Below are positions 14,157 through 28,640 of a stretch of DNA of 64,000 bases, one piece after another (position 1 is the first letter of the stretch; each line of letters begins with the position of its first letter). Location: NCBI RefSeq assembly GCF_009914755.1, contig NC_060932.1; one strand, written 5' to 3'. This DNA is from the human T2T-CHM13v2.0 reference genome, Homo sapiens. Below the pieces are notes generated by a model, which had not been told where the DNA came from, did no database searches, and saw only the letters and a list, made by a program, of their open reading frames with translations. Position numbers and translations under genes: made by a program.

Positions 14157-15259
14157 CACTCCTGTATGCTACAAGTTTGTTCCTTAATGACAATAACAAT
14201 AACAGCTTTTGTAGAACATTTAACATGGTTTATTTATTATTTTAAGTCCATTACAGGTTTACCTCATTTTAAGCTGTATGGCAACCATAGAAGCCGATAC
14301 TCTAATCTCTGTTTTACCAGTAAGAAAACTGAGTCAGAAATAATAAGTAACCTCTCCAAGGTTTGAGCATTTTATGCAAAAATCTCTTGCTGCTCTGACC
14401 AAATGATTGGAACAGCCTCTGTTGTTTTTCTCTAAACTCCAAGGAGTTGTGTAGTATCTGGATATAGACCACCTCATAAGAGTTATGTCTAGCCAAATAA
14501 CATCAAGATTTTTCCAGATGGGATCAGCTTAGTCATGGTTCTTCAGAATTCTCAGAATCATACTGCTTACGTATGTCAAGCTCAGTAGTACCTAGTAAAA
14601 TCCAAAGGGTAAAATAAGGAGCTCACTTTTCTAGATATTCTTCCCTGCTGCAAACTAACTATGGTTCCTTCTTATTCAGCCATAGCACTATGCCTCACCA
14701 TAAAATAGATACACTATAATTTATTTTTAACAATTGGTCTAACTCCAAATTATTTTGTCAGCACCTTATAGATGTTACAGTGAGCAAAGGAACGTAAAAT
14801 ACTCATGAAATGTTTCTACAGTTCTATACATGAGCCATATGAGGTAGCAGTTCCATCTTGTTAGGACCTAATTCTAGTAAATGAATTCCTCCTCTGCTCT
14901 TAAAACTGCCTCTCTTCAATACAATTTCCCACAAATGCCTCCTGGAGAAAATGCCAGCAACGACTTTCACATATTCCATTCTCTCAGGTGGATGTGTAAT
15001 TTTATACAGTCCCTATCTGCCGCAGGTTCAGGTTTCATTATTTTTTAGGGTTTCCATTATTTATTCTTCCTGACAGTTTGCTTTGTTAGACTACATTGCT
15101 GAAGATCTCTGGAATTAAAATACAAGTTAGCAGCACACATTTTATGCTACGGTAGTATAGTAAGTCACTTTATGGTGTCTTGTTCTTTGGTGGTTCCATA
15201 TGATATTTGTCCTTCCGTCTCACAGTCTGTGGCTAACACAAACTGATTGTAAGTACATA

Positions 15260-15480
15260 AGGAATTGCCATATTCTTTTCCAGAATGGCTGTACCATTTT
15301 ATATTCTTACAAACAATGAATAAGGATCTACTTTCTTCACATTCTCACCAGGATTAGATGTTATTACATTTTTTTAAAAATTTTAGCCATTCTGATAGGT
15401 GTGTTGTGATATCACATTGTAGTTTCAATTTGCATTTCTTTAATGGCTAATGATACTGAACAGTTTTTCATGTATGTTCA
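15260..15480 (-). mobile_element. Old L1 (L1M) 3' ORF2/UTR fragment
   Basis: ttttccagaatggctgtaccattt...tagccattctgataggtgtg...tttgcatttcttaatggctaatgat. Confidence 0.75.
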
Positions 15481-16649
15481 TATTTATATCAATGAACTCC
15501 TCAGAATGTCCCTTTAAGAAGAATTGAAGTCATAGCCAGTGTTTTCCAATTGAAAGTTAACTTGCATTGCCTTAAAGAAATGTTTAGACATGATCAGTAA
15601 ATTCTGTGCTTATTGAAGTATTGGTAAACTAGGATTTGAGGTTTTGGCCAGTTACTGTGGGTAACATGTACCTATGAAAATCCTGAGTTCCAAAAATCAT
15701 CTTGCAACCTATGTTTATTTACTATTTTTTAAAAAATCTTCTAATCATTCCTCAAAGAATTTCAGGCAGCAGGCAGTTCCATTTCTTTGCATATTAGGAA
15801 TTGCCTATATGTTTGTTTGCTTAGTTCTAAGTATTTTTTAAAGTTATTTATTCAATCATTCAATGAGTATACTTTTTCTATGCTAAGACCCAGGATAAAA
15901 AGCCACATAAGGCTCACAAAATCGCTGTTCAAAGAGTTTACAGTCAGTAAGGATTTTAAATAGACAAGGTCATCATTTACCAGTATGTTTCTTAAATGTA
16001 TTTGTTTTTTCTGTGTTTCAAGTTTAATTTTAGGTTGTTATGTTAAATTTGTGACTAGCTGAAAAAATCAAATTTGGATGCTCATAGATTTCATGACACC
16101 CCTTTCTGACACCTTTCTAGTTTCCTTCCTTCTTCTCCACTTTTGCAGCGAGGCATGGAGAGGAGAAGAGAGGCCACAGTGCTCCTCTCTTCCTTCCCCT
16201 TCCTACTTCTGGCCAGCTACCAGACAGCAACGAGCAGGAGGCTCATTGTTCCTAGGCTGTCCTCCTCAATCCTATCACAGAGGACTTAAAGTCTGGGCCT
16301 CCAAAAACTTTTGAAATTAACAGAAGAAATGTCACTCCTGAAGTATACATTTTTAAAAATCATAGAAATAACCAGTTCATTTTCTAAATTGAGCTGTCAG
16401 GAAAAGTACCCTTTCATCATAAGGAAAGGTTGCTCACTATATGGTACAATGTAAAGCAAGCTCTAGAATGGATTTGGGTCTCTTTAAACCATTCAGTGAA
16501 CTTTGGTGTGTGTGTGTACTCTTAAGTTCTGCATTCTGTTCAAGGTGCAGGAGATGTGAAGTCTTTCACACACTGTCCCTTGCTTCAAGGAGCTCACCCT
16601 TTAGTGGGAAACAGAAATATAAATTGAGAATTAAAATACAATGTCCAAA

Positions 16650-16965
16650 GGGTAGTTGTGGGGGGAGAGGATGTGGGAATGGTTACTGAGTACACAAAAA
16701 TAGATAGAATGAATAAGATCTAGTATTCAATAGCACAGCAGGGAGACTATAGTCAATATAAATTTAATATACATTTAAAAATAAGGATATAATTGGATTG
16801 TTTGTAATACAAAGGATAAATGCCTGAGGGGATGAATACCCACCCCATTTACCCTGAAGTGATTATTATTCATGGTATGCCTGTATCAAAATATCTCATG
16901 TACCCAATAAATATATACACCTAATATATATGCACAACAAATTAAAAAATCATAATAAAATTAAA
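16650..16965 (+). mobile_element. L1MA (L1MA1-3-like) 3' end
   Basis: aaaatagatagaatgaataagatctagtattcaatagcacagcaggg...tgcctgtatcaaaatatctcatgtacccaataaatatatacacc; probable TSD aatgtccaaag/aatatccaaag. Confidence 0.85.
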
Positions 16966-19439
16966 ATATCCAAAGTGCTTCTGACTTATCATGGGGACAT
17001 AGAAAGAAGAAAATAGCTCTGTAGCTGGTGACAGAGTGATAAATTAGTGAAGAGAGACTTCCATCATGCCAAATTTTAAGCTATAAATATTTAGAATATG
17101 GATAAAACAACATACAGTTGTTTTCCTGATGCTCCCTTTCACAGGTATTTGGGGGTATTTTTGATTGCTGTTTGGCTTATATTTCAGTAAATTCCCTTCA
17201 ATTTAATTCCATTTGTCTTTATTATACCCCATGAGAGACATTTAAGGGGCATGCTTACATATAGGCATTCCCCATTATTTCTAATTTTGACTCACATCTT
17301 TCAGCCAGTTCTACATTTAAAACAAACATTTCCTTAAATCAGTGGCAACTTGACTTTGTTTTGTTTAGGTACATTGATTTCTGTAGTCCAAATGCATATC
17401 TACCTAATCAAAGAGCTTGGTTTAGAAAATATTGGCAAGTGTTATGCTTCATTGCATAGCATATTCCATCATTGGCCTGTCTTCTTTCTATTCTTAGACT
17501 GGGAGGGGGAAAAGTCCCAAAGCTTTTCTTGGTTTATTTGTATCTTTCTTAATGGTGTATTATTTTAATGAGATAAAATCAAAAGCATAATTATTTTTAA
17601 CATCTCAATTTTTTTTCAGCAAAGCATGTAATAGAATTTTGATGATGGTCTTAAATTACTATCTTCTTTCCAAAATATGTTAATCCAACTATATAAAAAT
17701 ATGTTTGTAGGTTTTGCATTTGCAAATCAACATGCAGATTATGTGAAGGCATGCTTAGGTATTTAATATTTATTCCTACATTTTAATCCAAAATTATGAA
17801 CATAAACAACTCATGTTAAAGGTATAATTTTAATTTTTAAAATATTTAAAAAATTAATTTAGATATGCAGTCATTTTATTATCCACACATCACATCACTG
17901 ATGTTCCTGAGAATTATATATATAAACTGAGACATTCCAGTTCTTATTTAAAAAAAAACACATTTGTGTTTATGAGTGATTCCTTATTTTGGTTGTACTA
18001 TTTTTAATGCTGCATTTTTATTACGATAGGAAAAAGGCAAGCCTTGGGGGTTTTTTGAGCAATATGTTTGTTATTACTTATGAAAAAAGTTTTATGCCTT
18101 GCTCTTTGGCTGTATTCTGCTTTCTGAGCATAAGTAGATTTATAAAAAAAAAATCACATGTTCAACTCTTTTGTATTTCTTTTAATGAAACATTCTTTCC
18201 TATCTATGTGCTTCAATGTTTATCTGAAGTCACATCCCATTATGTAAAAGAGGGATGTATTTGGCTTATTTTCACAGAATTGTTTGACACTTAAAGGATT
18301 ACAGAAAATTTGATTTATGATCTGTAATATGAACCCAAAGTACAGAATTGAACAATATTCCTAGATCTAAATTCAACTACTGATATAAGGATTCAGTTAA
18401 TCTCCTTTGGTGATTGGAAATTCCTCCTCATCAAAAACAATCTAAAACTATTCTTAGTTGTGTGATTTATAGATTATGACATCAATATTTCAAAGGTAAA
18501 TAATATGTGTTATCATTTAACAAATATGTATCAAATGCCCATTATGTTCCATTACCATGATGTTTAAATCATTAGCTTCATGTTTTGCTTATTCAAAAAA
18601 AAAAAAAGGTGGTATTTCTAACATAAAGAAACTAATGAAGATCCAAAGACTGAAAATTGCATTTTTCTTTTGGCGAAAAAAAAAAAAGGAATGGATGTAA
18701 TATAATGAATATTTTCTTTAAAATAAATAAAGAAATGTCTGATGCCAAAAATCTGATAGCAAAGATTATATATCTTCTTAATTGATATGTTTATACATGA
18801 TATGTATAATAATATTTGGGAATAATTCCAAGAGCAAATTATAAAATACTAGTAGATAGGGGACACTTAAATGATAGTGTTATTAGGCTTTTCCCTAAAT
18901 ATAAGCTCTCTTATCCTCTAAATCATGTTTGAGCATGCAGTGGGGCTGGCAGTTTGCTTATTTGCCCTAGATGATATGTTAATAACGATTCTGTCAAAAA
19001 GAGCTAAGAGAAAGTCAATGTAAAATTAAGATGACAAGATGGTAAGTATGAATATCCATAATCCTAACACTTAACCTCTATAACCTCAGACACTCTTCAT
19101 AGCTTTCTGTAATTTTCAAGAAAGACAACTAAAGTGTTTTTTTATTTTGCTCCCTCTTGGTGATTATTTGTTTATACCATTCAGGAAAAAAGTATAATCT
19201 ATTACTTTCTCTAAAAAATGTATTAATTCTCTTTTTAGTCAACAATCATTCAGTACACTAGTATGTATTGTTTACCTTGCATCAAGTTTAAACATTGCAA
19301 GGTGAAACATTAGGCTAAAATGAAACCCATGCAGTCAGATTCCAGAGACAATGGTCCAAATCCCATTATATTCACTAGAAAGATGATTAACTGATTACTA
19401 GGAAACTGTCTCTTCTTTGAGGGATTCTCAAGAAAGAGA

Positions 19440-20300
19440 GAGAGACAGATAGAAAAACAAATAATTACAGCAACCTCATAAATTGTGGAATAGAGGTGGC
19501 AGAAGTCTCAAGGGGAAACAGAAAAAAAGCATCTATGATACATGGGATGGTAACATCAGAACAAAGTCATATGGATAAAAGTTTACTAAGTCAATATGAT
19601 TGGAAGAATTAGGGAAGAGAAAGTCACTTTGGTAAAAGATAAAAGCATAGCCAGAGCTAAAAAAAAAAAAAAAAAAAAAAAAGGTAACAGCATATTTAGG
19701 GAGAACATGTTCTATCTGGAGTTGATGTGTTTGAGGGTCAAGATAGAGAGAGGTTTGTAGGAATAGATAGAGGTCCTGTGAACCACCTTAATAGGGCTGA
19801 ATTTTGGCAATTGGAGCCATTGAAGAAGTTAAAGGACAGAATTAAATGGCCAGGCTTACATTTTAGGGAAAGATTTTTTGACAGCTGTGTATAGAGGATG
19901 GAGTGGATGGGTTGGAAGTCAAAGGGATGTTATTGCAGCAATCAAGACAAATTAAGATAAGATGCCTAACAAAAGCAATGAAATGATAATTAATAGGGAA
20001 AGAGATTATGAAGGTAGAGTTAACCAAATTTATGATAAGGAAGGAAGTGATGAAGACAGAAGAATCAATAGGATAAGATCCAGGCTTGGGTGAATAAATA
20101 GAGGCTGGCATCAAGTAAAAATAGAAATCACAAGAGACGGTACAAATTTGGGAGAGTCATTAATGATCCACATTGAGGATATGTTGAGTTGGAAGTGACT
20201 GAGGAATATCCTAGTATCCTTGAGAAAATGGATATTCAAGAGTGTGGCTTCAAGGAAATTTGGACAACCTAGTTTATCCCAATAAGAAAATGTGGAAAGT
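19440..20300. mobile_element. Degraded L2-like sequence
   Basis: Purine-rich tract with L2-like phrases (ggagccattgaagaag, ttttagggaaagatt, gatatgttgagttggaagtg). Confidence 0.5.
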
Positions 20301-20365
20301 CAATTTATAAAGATGAGGTCATTTGTAAGCATGAAATGAAGCAGGTCTATATATAATAATAAGTC

Positions 20366-20741
20366 TCTTATGAGCTAAATTGCATCCCCTCAAAATTCAT
20401 AGGCTGAAGTCCTAACTCCCAGTACCTCAAAATGCATTTATATTTGTAGATAGGGCCTTTAAAGAAGTGATCAAGTTAAAATGAGGGCATGAGAGTGGGT
20501 GCTTATCCAGTCTGACTGGTGGTCTTACAAGAAGAGGAAATTTGGACACACAGAGAGACACTAGAGACGTGTGAGAGGAAAGACAATGTGAGGATACAGT
20601 GAGAGGGCAACCATCGGCAAGCCAAGGAGAGGCTTCAGGAGAAACCAAGCCTGCAGATACCTTGATCTTGAACTTCTAGGCTCCAGAACTATGAGAAAAT
20701 AAAATGTTATTTTGTTAGACAGGCCTAGCAAACAAATGCAG
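20366..20741 (+). mobile_element. MaLR solo LTR (MLT1B-like)
   Basis: cccctcaaaattcataggctgaagtcctaactcccagtacctca...tctgactggtggtcttacaagaagaggaaatttggacac. Confidence 0.85.
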
Positions 20742-21366
20742 ACATTATTCTAGCCTAATGCAGCACCTCCATCATATGGTGTGCTTGCCAGAAGGATCAA
20801 CTCTTGTTCCTGGAGCATGCTAAAGACACATGTCAACATTCTTTCAGTTTCATTTTTCCAAGCCCTTTTCTGTCCACTCCATAATTTCTACAGAAAAAAA
20901 AATCAAGTAAAAATTAGCTTTCTTAGTTACATTCGCATTCTAGATTTCTTCCTGAAGACTATACCGAAGATGCATTTACTGAACTTGAATGTCCATAAAG
21001 TGGCTGAGGCTTCTATTTTTATTTTCTCTGAGGATGTGGTGCTCCTACACCGGACTAACCCCATTGCTATTGCATAATTCCTTGTCAGAGGGTAACCTTA
21101 TCTTCACAGAATTACATATAATTACCTACATACCAACCACAGTCACATCTATCTCTTTACAATGAGCTGGAGCACTGATTTCCACTTAGAAAAGTCACAT
21201 AGCTGTTCAAGTCATCAGTGAGAAGAATTTTAGAGGCATAATTTACCAGGATTAAAATAAATCTGTCCAAAATTAATTACTTTTTAACTTCTGTAGATTT
21301 AAACTTTGTATCAGTTGATATCATTTAAACATGAATATTATATGGGTAAGCTTAAATAAAAAACCT

Positions 21367-21698
21367 GGCTGAGCGTCGTGGCTCACCCCTGTAATCCCAG
21401 CACTTTGGGAGGCTGAGGCAGGCGGACCGTGAGGTCAGGAGATTGAGACCATCCTGGCTAACATGGTGAAACACCGTCTCTACTTAAAAAAAAAAAAAAA
21501 AAAAACAAAAAATTAGCCAGGCATGGTGGCACATGCCTATAGTCCCAGCTACTCGGGAGGCTAAGGCAGGAGAGAATCACTTGAACCTGGGAGGCGGAGG
21601 TTGCAGTGAACTGAGATTGTGCCACTGCACTCCAACCTGGATGACAGAGCGAGACTCTGTCTCAAAAAAAAACCAAAACCAAAAACAAACAAACAAAA
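21367..21698 (+). mobile_element. Alu SINE, AluSc/Y-like, expanded A-rich linker
   Basis: gtggctcacccctgtaatcccagcactttgggagg...gagaccatcctggctaacatggtgaaac; long A run in the linker. Confidence 0.92.
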
Positions 21699-22216
21699 AC
21701 CCTTCTGCCGTAGACCATATTTACAATAACTTAGCCACTTTTGAAAAACATTCTATCCTTGTTTTATGATTTATAATTACACATTATTAGAAAAATCATT
21801 AATTTGTTCATTCTATAAATGCATACTTATTAATTACCTACTGTGTCTGGTAATGTGCTAGTACTGCAGATATAGGCAAAACTGGACCCTTAAACCCTTA
21901 CAGACAAGCTGGGGATAAAGGGTTCATTAAAATATTATAAGGACATACTTGGCCTGATCTGCCTTAGTTCCATTTACTCTTGGCAACCTTAGTTCTGTTT
22001 ACTCTTGGCAAAACAAACAAACAAACAAACAAAAACTATTTCTGGCATCTTTAACTTCAAACACACAATGCAGGAAAAGCAGCTGTTTGAAGGTAAAACT
22101 GCTGTAGTTTAAGATGCTAATGGTATGCTGGTGATTAGATTTGGAAAATCTATATTATATTGTGGCTTTTATCACTAGAGATTCAAAATATTAGTATTGG
22201 GAAATGAATATCGTGG

Positions 22217-22625
22217 TGTTATTGGCTAAAGTTTGCCTCCCAATATTCATTCATAGTTTGAAGTGCTAACCTCCAGTATTTCAGAATGTGACTTTACTTG
22301 GAGATAAAAACTTTAAAGAGGTCACTAAGTTAAAAGGAGCCCATTAGGATGGACCCTAATCCAGTCTAACTGGTGTCCTTATAAGATGAGGAAATTTGGA
22401 CACACAGAGAGATACCAGGGACACACAAACACCGAGAAAGAGCCATGAGAAGAGACAACAAGACAGCCATCTGCAAGCCAAGCAGCAAGGCTTCCCAAGA
22501 AACCAACCCTGCCAGCACCTTGATCTTGGACTTCTAGGCTGCAGAACAGTGAGAAAATACATTTTTGTTGTTCAAGTCACTCAGTCTATGGTATTGTACT
22601 ATGGCAGCCTGAGCTGACTAATGCA
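22217..22625 (+). mobile_element. MaLR solo LTR (MLT1B-like)
   Basis: tgttattggctaaag...taatccagtctaactggtgtccttataagatgaggaaatttggacac...ctgactaatgca. Confidence 0.85.
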
Positions 22626-24169
22626 ACTCCCATCTGAAGGGAAGGCAAGATCCATAAAATGAAAACCAATTTGGTAGCCCAGCCATTATGTAATTAATTT
22701 GGGCATTGCCATATGTGAGATATCCAGATAATTCAAACCAATACATGGAGTTTTTCTACTCCATTAAATACAAATGAGCCCAGCACACTTTCTTATAGTT
22801 ATGTCCTGCTGTTTAAACCATAATAACTTGCAAAGAGTGTAAAAATGTTTTTGCTCGATGCTGTTATCAGTACAAAATCTGTGACATTTAAAGTATCAGT
22901 TCCTATCACTGTGGCCCTTCATTTTAATACTTAATAAAGGTTTATTCAGCAAAGTTCCCTTCAGTCTTCTCAATGAACCATGATCATTTCTGGCACATAC
23001 GGAAAACAGAGCAAACTTTCTTGAATTAATAAAATTAAGTCTGTCAGATTTAGGCCAGTTGGGTATTAAATTTAAACTAGACCAAATACAGGCTGAACAT
23101 AGTTGCAGCTTGTATGGATCAGATTTGGCATAAAATTCAGTTTGTGATGTAATGTAAATTGTCAAAATGATACTGCTTCAAATTTCATGTGGTTTATTTT
23201 TAAAATGATATATATCATACAGAAAAATAAAGCTTAATGTGAAAATAACAACTTAGAAGAACAATAGAATGAGGATGTAAGTTGAGCATTCACTAAGAAC
23301 TGGCATATGGTTCTGCATAATAATCCAGGACTTCATTGTTTCCATTTGGATTGTACAGAAAATGGGACAAGGCCTAGTAAAATGCTACTTTCACTTTTCC
23401 TTTATGTGCAAATTAAAATTATATTCTTTTTTTGCACTTTAGTAATAGACACCTTTTACTTATGAATAAAATTTTAACTGCATTTTTAATGAAATAAATC
23501 TGTTTGACACAATTGCCGCAACTGTGACTATGTTAGAATAAACTCAATTAACTTACATTGTTAAAATGTATATGCCTGCTTGTGACAAATTCAATGAGTT
23601 TGAAATACCAATTCCATATTATAGCCACCATTTCAATGAATTAAGATTCCTGTCAAAGTACCGTTTGCCAAAAACAAAATTCTACATGTTCCATAGGATA
23701 ATTTTGAAATACATATTATAAAGGGACAACTGAATAAGACATTCATGTCATAAACCTTCAAATGAAAAAGGCATAGAGAAAATTTAGACTAACATTTAAC
23801 AAAAATAGCTGCTTGTCTAATTACATCAGAAAGCTAGCTATTTACATTTTTGCCATTTTTAATTAAATGCAAAATTTCCAAGTTTTTCCACAGTTATTTT
23901 CCTAGTTTCATACATTTTCTTTAAACATGGCAGCAGACAATAAAAAGCACCAATTCTAGGCATAATTAAAATAATTAAAATGTTTTTATAGTCAAACATG
24001 TTAAGCTCTTTCAAATTATCATAGTATTAGTTCATTCAACAAATGTTTCAGCATGCCTATTATCTCTGGGTGCTGTGGTTCATAGGCATGGTCTCTACCC
24101 ACATGGAGCTTATAGTCTAATGAGAAAGATGTACATTCAATAACTAAACACAAAAAATAAATAAATAAA

Positions 24170-24395
24170 AATGTGGTTGTTCATTATGTGCCAGTGCACT
24201 GTGCAAAGCACTTAAATATATTCTGTCATTTAATATTTATAATATCATGAGGTTGTTTTTAGCCCCCTTTTACTCAAGAAGAAATTGAAAAACAAAGAAG
24301 TTCATTAGCAGCCCGTGGTCATACAGCCTATAAGTAGCAAAGCTGGGATTTAAACCCAGGCATTCTGGCTCCAGAGCTTGTAACCTTAAATACTG
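24170..24395 (-). mobile_element. MIR, adjacent to an L2 3'-end relic
   Basis: ggtcatacagcctataagtagcaaagctgggatttaaacccaggcattctggctccagagc. Confidence 0.7.
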
Positions 24396-25916
24396 TAAAC
24401 ACCTCTCAAATCATTGTAAATTCTGATGAATGATATAAGAAAAAAATACCGTCTACAAAAATATGTGTACACAAAGCCAAATTTAAGTGGAGGCTGTCAA
24501 CAGAAGCCTCTCAAAAGTACTGACTTCTACCCCGAGACTTAAAGGACAACTGAAGGTAGTGAGAAGACAGAGCTAGGGTTGGGGTGGTAGTGTTTCTAGC
24601 AGAATAAATAGCCTGTCACAAGTCCCTGATTTTTTAAAAAAGAAGAGGTTACCTGGTTGAGCAATTTTTTTCTAAACTGTGCATTACAAAAAGCCAAGAT
24701 ATATTTTATATTTTATATTTCATTCAAAAAATCTTAAATTTTTTATGCAGAATAAAAACTGCATTTTTTGAAAAATAACAGTAAAAAACACTTTATGAAC
24801 CAAAAGATTGCAAAATTGCTTTGCAGTTTACCAAGAGTGCTGATAAAAAAAAAAAAAAACAAAAAACCTCATGACAGAAGATACCATTTTCAAATGTATT
24901 TCCACCAAAAAGTTATCTTAAACCAAATTTTTTCCCACCATACTATATGTTCTCAATTTTGTCCTTGCAGTCGAGCAAAGCTGCCAGGAAGAGGTGAGTG
25001 TAGGCATACATAAAGGCATAATAAACCCTCATGGCTTGTTCTCCGAACTGCAAAGAACTCAGATTTGGCTGAGGTGGATGGTGAGGTATGGGGAGGAGAA
25101 GCTTTCAGAGAGAAAGATAAGATTGGACAGGGAAGTAGGAATCAGATTGCGGGAGAAATTATAAGCCATCACAACAGATTTACACTTTAGGCAATGAAAA
25201 ACTATCAAAATGGCTAGAGGAGATTTGCATTTTAGGAAGCTCTTTCTGAGAGCACCAGAAGTTCTCTCAGCGAGAAACATAACAGCTACAAAAAAAAAAA
25301 AAAAAAAACTGTTGAACATATTAGCATTAAAAAATCTCTTAATTAATACAACTGTAAATTCATTAATAATTTTCCAAATGGCAAAATAAAGTATGAGGCC
25401 AGAAAAGTAAAAATCACATGTTTTTAGTTTTAATATCAAGGGTATTTTATTTAATATAACTTTGAAAGGTAATCATAAGCTCTATATGGTAGCATCAATG
25501 AACCTGACGAGCTAGCCTATGGAAAAGCACCCAGCACATGCCTGAAATATATATGTTACTTCATTTCCTAAATTCCATTATCAACTGTGTCCCTAAACTA
25601 GTATTATTTCTGTTCTCTATTTAGAGACACCCAACACCACAAGAGGTCAAAGCAATAAATTCAGGGGGAAAACTAATTTATATTTGCAATTTGAAATTTA
25701 CGAGCATTCATGGCACTGATTGTTTGTGTGATTAGTGATAACAGGTCAAGAGTCACAACTTTAAAGCCATCTCTTAATCATTGTTTCTCTTTAGATTTAT
25801 TGCTAATTTATCAAGACCCTGCTCTAGACCACAAAACAATTACTCAGTATTGTTTTGGGGAAAATATTCCAACCATGACCCTCTCTAAATTCCTATATCT
25901 AAAAAATTAACTTCAG

Positions 25917-26070
25917 GGATGGGTGTGGTGGCTCACGCCTGTAATCCCAGCACTTTGGGAGGCTGAGGCAAGAGGATTAAGGAGGAGTTTAAGGCTGCAG
26001 TAAGCTATGATCGCACCATTGCACTCCATCTTGGGTGACAGAGCATGACCTTGTCTCTAAGAAAATGATA
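25917..26070 (+). mobile_element. Alu monomer (FAM/FRAM/AluJ-derived)
   Basis: Alu 5' end continues directly into gagtttaaggctgcagtaagctatgatcgcacc...gaccttgtctc; about 150 bp. Confidence 0.8.
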
Positions 26071-26380
26071 ATAATTAGTTCAATTAAGGACCCAACTGGA
26101 AGAAGTTAAAGTGGGAAATAAAATAAACACATAAAACAGGTACAGGGAATATACAATAATATAAAATAAATATATATTATAAAATATTAAAAAATAATTT
26201 AAATATAAAATAAATATAAAAACAGGTATAGGCAATATAAAAACAAGAACTTAATGCCCCTCACTTTACTCTAACAACATCCCTAGGAGTTATTCCTGTT
26301 TATGTCCATGGCAAAACTGACCCTCAAAGACACTGTGTGACACACTTCCTTCCACAAGCAAGTAGAGTAAAAGAATTTAG

Positions 26381-26763
<383 letters not shown>

Positions 26764-27129
26764 AGAGAAGACCTTATCTTAGTCATCTTTTTAGTTATCT
26801 TTTTCTCTCCAGCATTTAACAGATTAAATGCTTCAGAAGAGAAGTCTAATCAATATTGAAGGAAAAAAAGAGGGAAGAAAACCTCATAATGTGACAACCC
26901 TGAGATCATTTTTAGAAAAAATTTCAGTACACAATCATTTATGAATTCTACACATAATTAGGAATTCATTTCTAGATGTGTCCTGGAGATAACTTTAAGA
27001 AGGAAATGTTGTTGATTAAAATGATCCAAAAAAAGAATGAAGTCAAATGAACAATCGAAAATCAACCTTATACTTCCCAAATTATCAAAAAAATTTTAAA
27101 AAAGGAGAATGTTTACAAAAATGGTATGA

Positions 27130-27615
27130 CAGCAACTGCACATTTTCCTCCAATATCTGTTTTCCCTTTCTTCTACACTAGAAGTTTTCAATTTTAGCTA
27201 ACCATATGACTACCTGGAATAAAAATAACACTTCTCTGTTTCCCTTTCATCTAAGTGTAACCACAGGACTGACTTCTGGCCAATAGAATGTAGAGGAAAG
27301 CAATGTGTTGAACTTTCAGGACACGCCCTTTAAAGGAAAGGCTATGACCCATCTTCTACGCTCTCCATCCTGCCTCCTGGAACGTGGATGTGATGAAGAC
27401 CCATCTTGATCCACGAAATAAGGGAAACAGAACTTAAGCTATAGATGCAAGAAGCAGAGAAGTAGCCTGGGTCTGGTTCTGGACATGAGCAGCCATGCCA
27501 GCCCTGGACCACTTTCCTTCATACTATTAGATAAGGGAAAGAGCATGTATTAATAATTTACATGAGCCACTGTTATTTGGGGTCTCTTGTTACATGCCAC
27601 TGAACTCAAATACTC
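27130..27615. mobile_element. Old MaLR LTR (MLT1H/J-like)
   Basis: ttctggccaatagaatgtag...cctgcctcctggaacgtggatgtgatg...gagccactgttatttggggtctcttgttac. Confidence 0.65.
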
Positions 27616-27959
27616 AACAACACCCATGGAGCCCATGATGGCAGGTTTCTAGCCCTCATGGGACTAGCCCATCCTCTCCTCACATCTCAGGATTTCCTTC
27701 CTTCTAATAAAACAGAAGCCAGGAAACCATTCACAGGGAATCAGAAAGCAGCTTATGTCTTTAACTCGGTAAGAAGGCTATTGGAAGCAATTCTAAGTTC
27801 ATGGAAACATTTCCCAAACCAGAAGACAATTTTAGCCAAATGGCTTTCTTCTTCTCAGCGTGATGAAAAGAAAATATATCAAAATATATATATATCACAG
27901 CAAGTTTCTCTTATTTTGAAGAATGGAGTCAAAAAACGTACCTATGTCTGTTACTTCTC

Positions 27960-28022
27960 TCTGTGTGTATGTGTGTGTGTGTATGTGTGTTTTCCTTTGT
28001 GTGTGTGTGTGTCTCTGTGTGT
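27960..28022. repeat. Interrupted (TG)n microsatellite
   Basis: Read directly. Confidence 0.85.
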
Positions 28023-28315
28023 CCTCTCTTCTTTTTTATTTTAAATCTATAGAAGACTCAAGGTGTAGTAAACTAAGTTGGCTAATATAAAAACATATAT
28101 TAAGCAAGGCAGAAAACTTTAAACAAGCCACCTGACAAATGACTAGAGGGTAAGATTTACATCCAAAGTCCCAGGTCATGTAGGATTGTCTTTAGATATT
28201 TTTCAAATTTTACTGGCTTCTGCTCTAGGCCCTGTGTATATTAAACTTTATAGTAAAAATAAAACTCAGTTACATGCTGAAATTTCTGATTTTTGAGCAT
28301 TTTTGCCTGCTATTT

Positions 28316-28414
28316 AAATGAGTATGAATTCTTAAAAATTCAATAAAATAACCCTCAGTGATGTAAAATGAGTATGAATTCTTAAAAATTCAATAAAATA
28401 ACCCTCAGTGATGT
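28316..28414. repeat. Perfect 49-bp tandem duplication (period 50)
   Basis: aaatgagtatgaattcttaaaaattcaataaaataaccctcagtgatgt at 28316-28364 and 28366-28414. Confidence 0.97.
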
Positions 28415-28449
28415 CTCTTTATTATAATATTGGAACAACCTATGTACTG

Positions 28450-28640
28450 CAACCTACTGGCTATGTATCTTGAGCAAGTCACTTAAACTTGCTAAGCTTT
28501 GTTTTTTTTTTTTTTTTAGTCAATAAAGTAGGGATAGTAACTATACTTGACTCATAGGATTGCGACGTGAAACATTGCTCAAGCACTTAGCAGACTGCCT
28601 AGCTCATTATAGGAGATAAGTAAATATTAGCTGTTATTCA
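28450..28640 (+). mobile_element. MIR fragment
   Basis: ggctatgtatcttgagcaagtcacttaaac...ctcataggattg...aagcacttagcagactgcctagctc. Confidence 0.7.

Noticed and set aside
19659-19682. Isolated poly-A runs (also 18595, 25290, 59156)
   Set aside because: No upstream retrocopy body or TSD visible; treated as simple homopolymers
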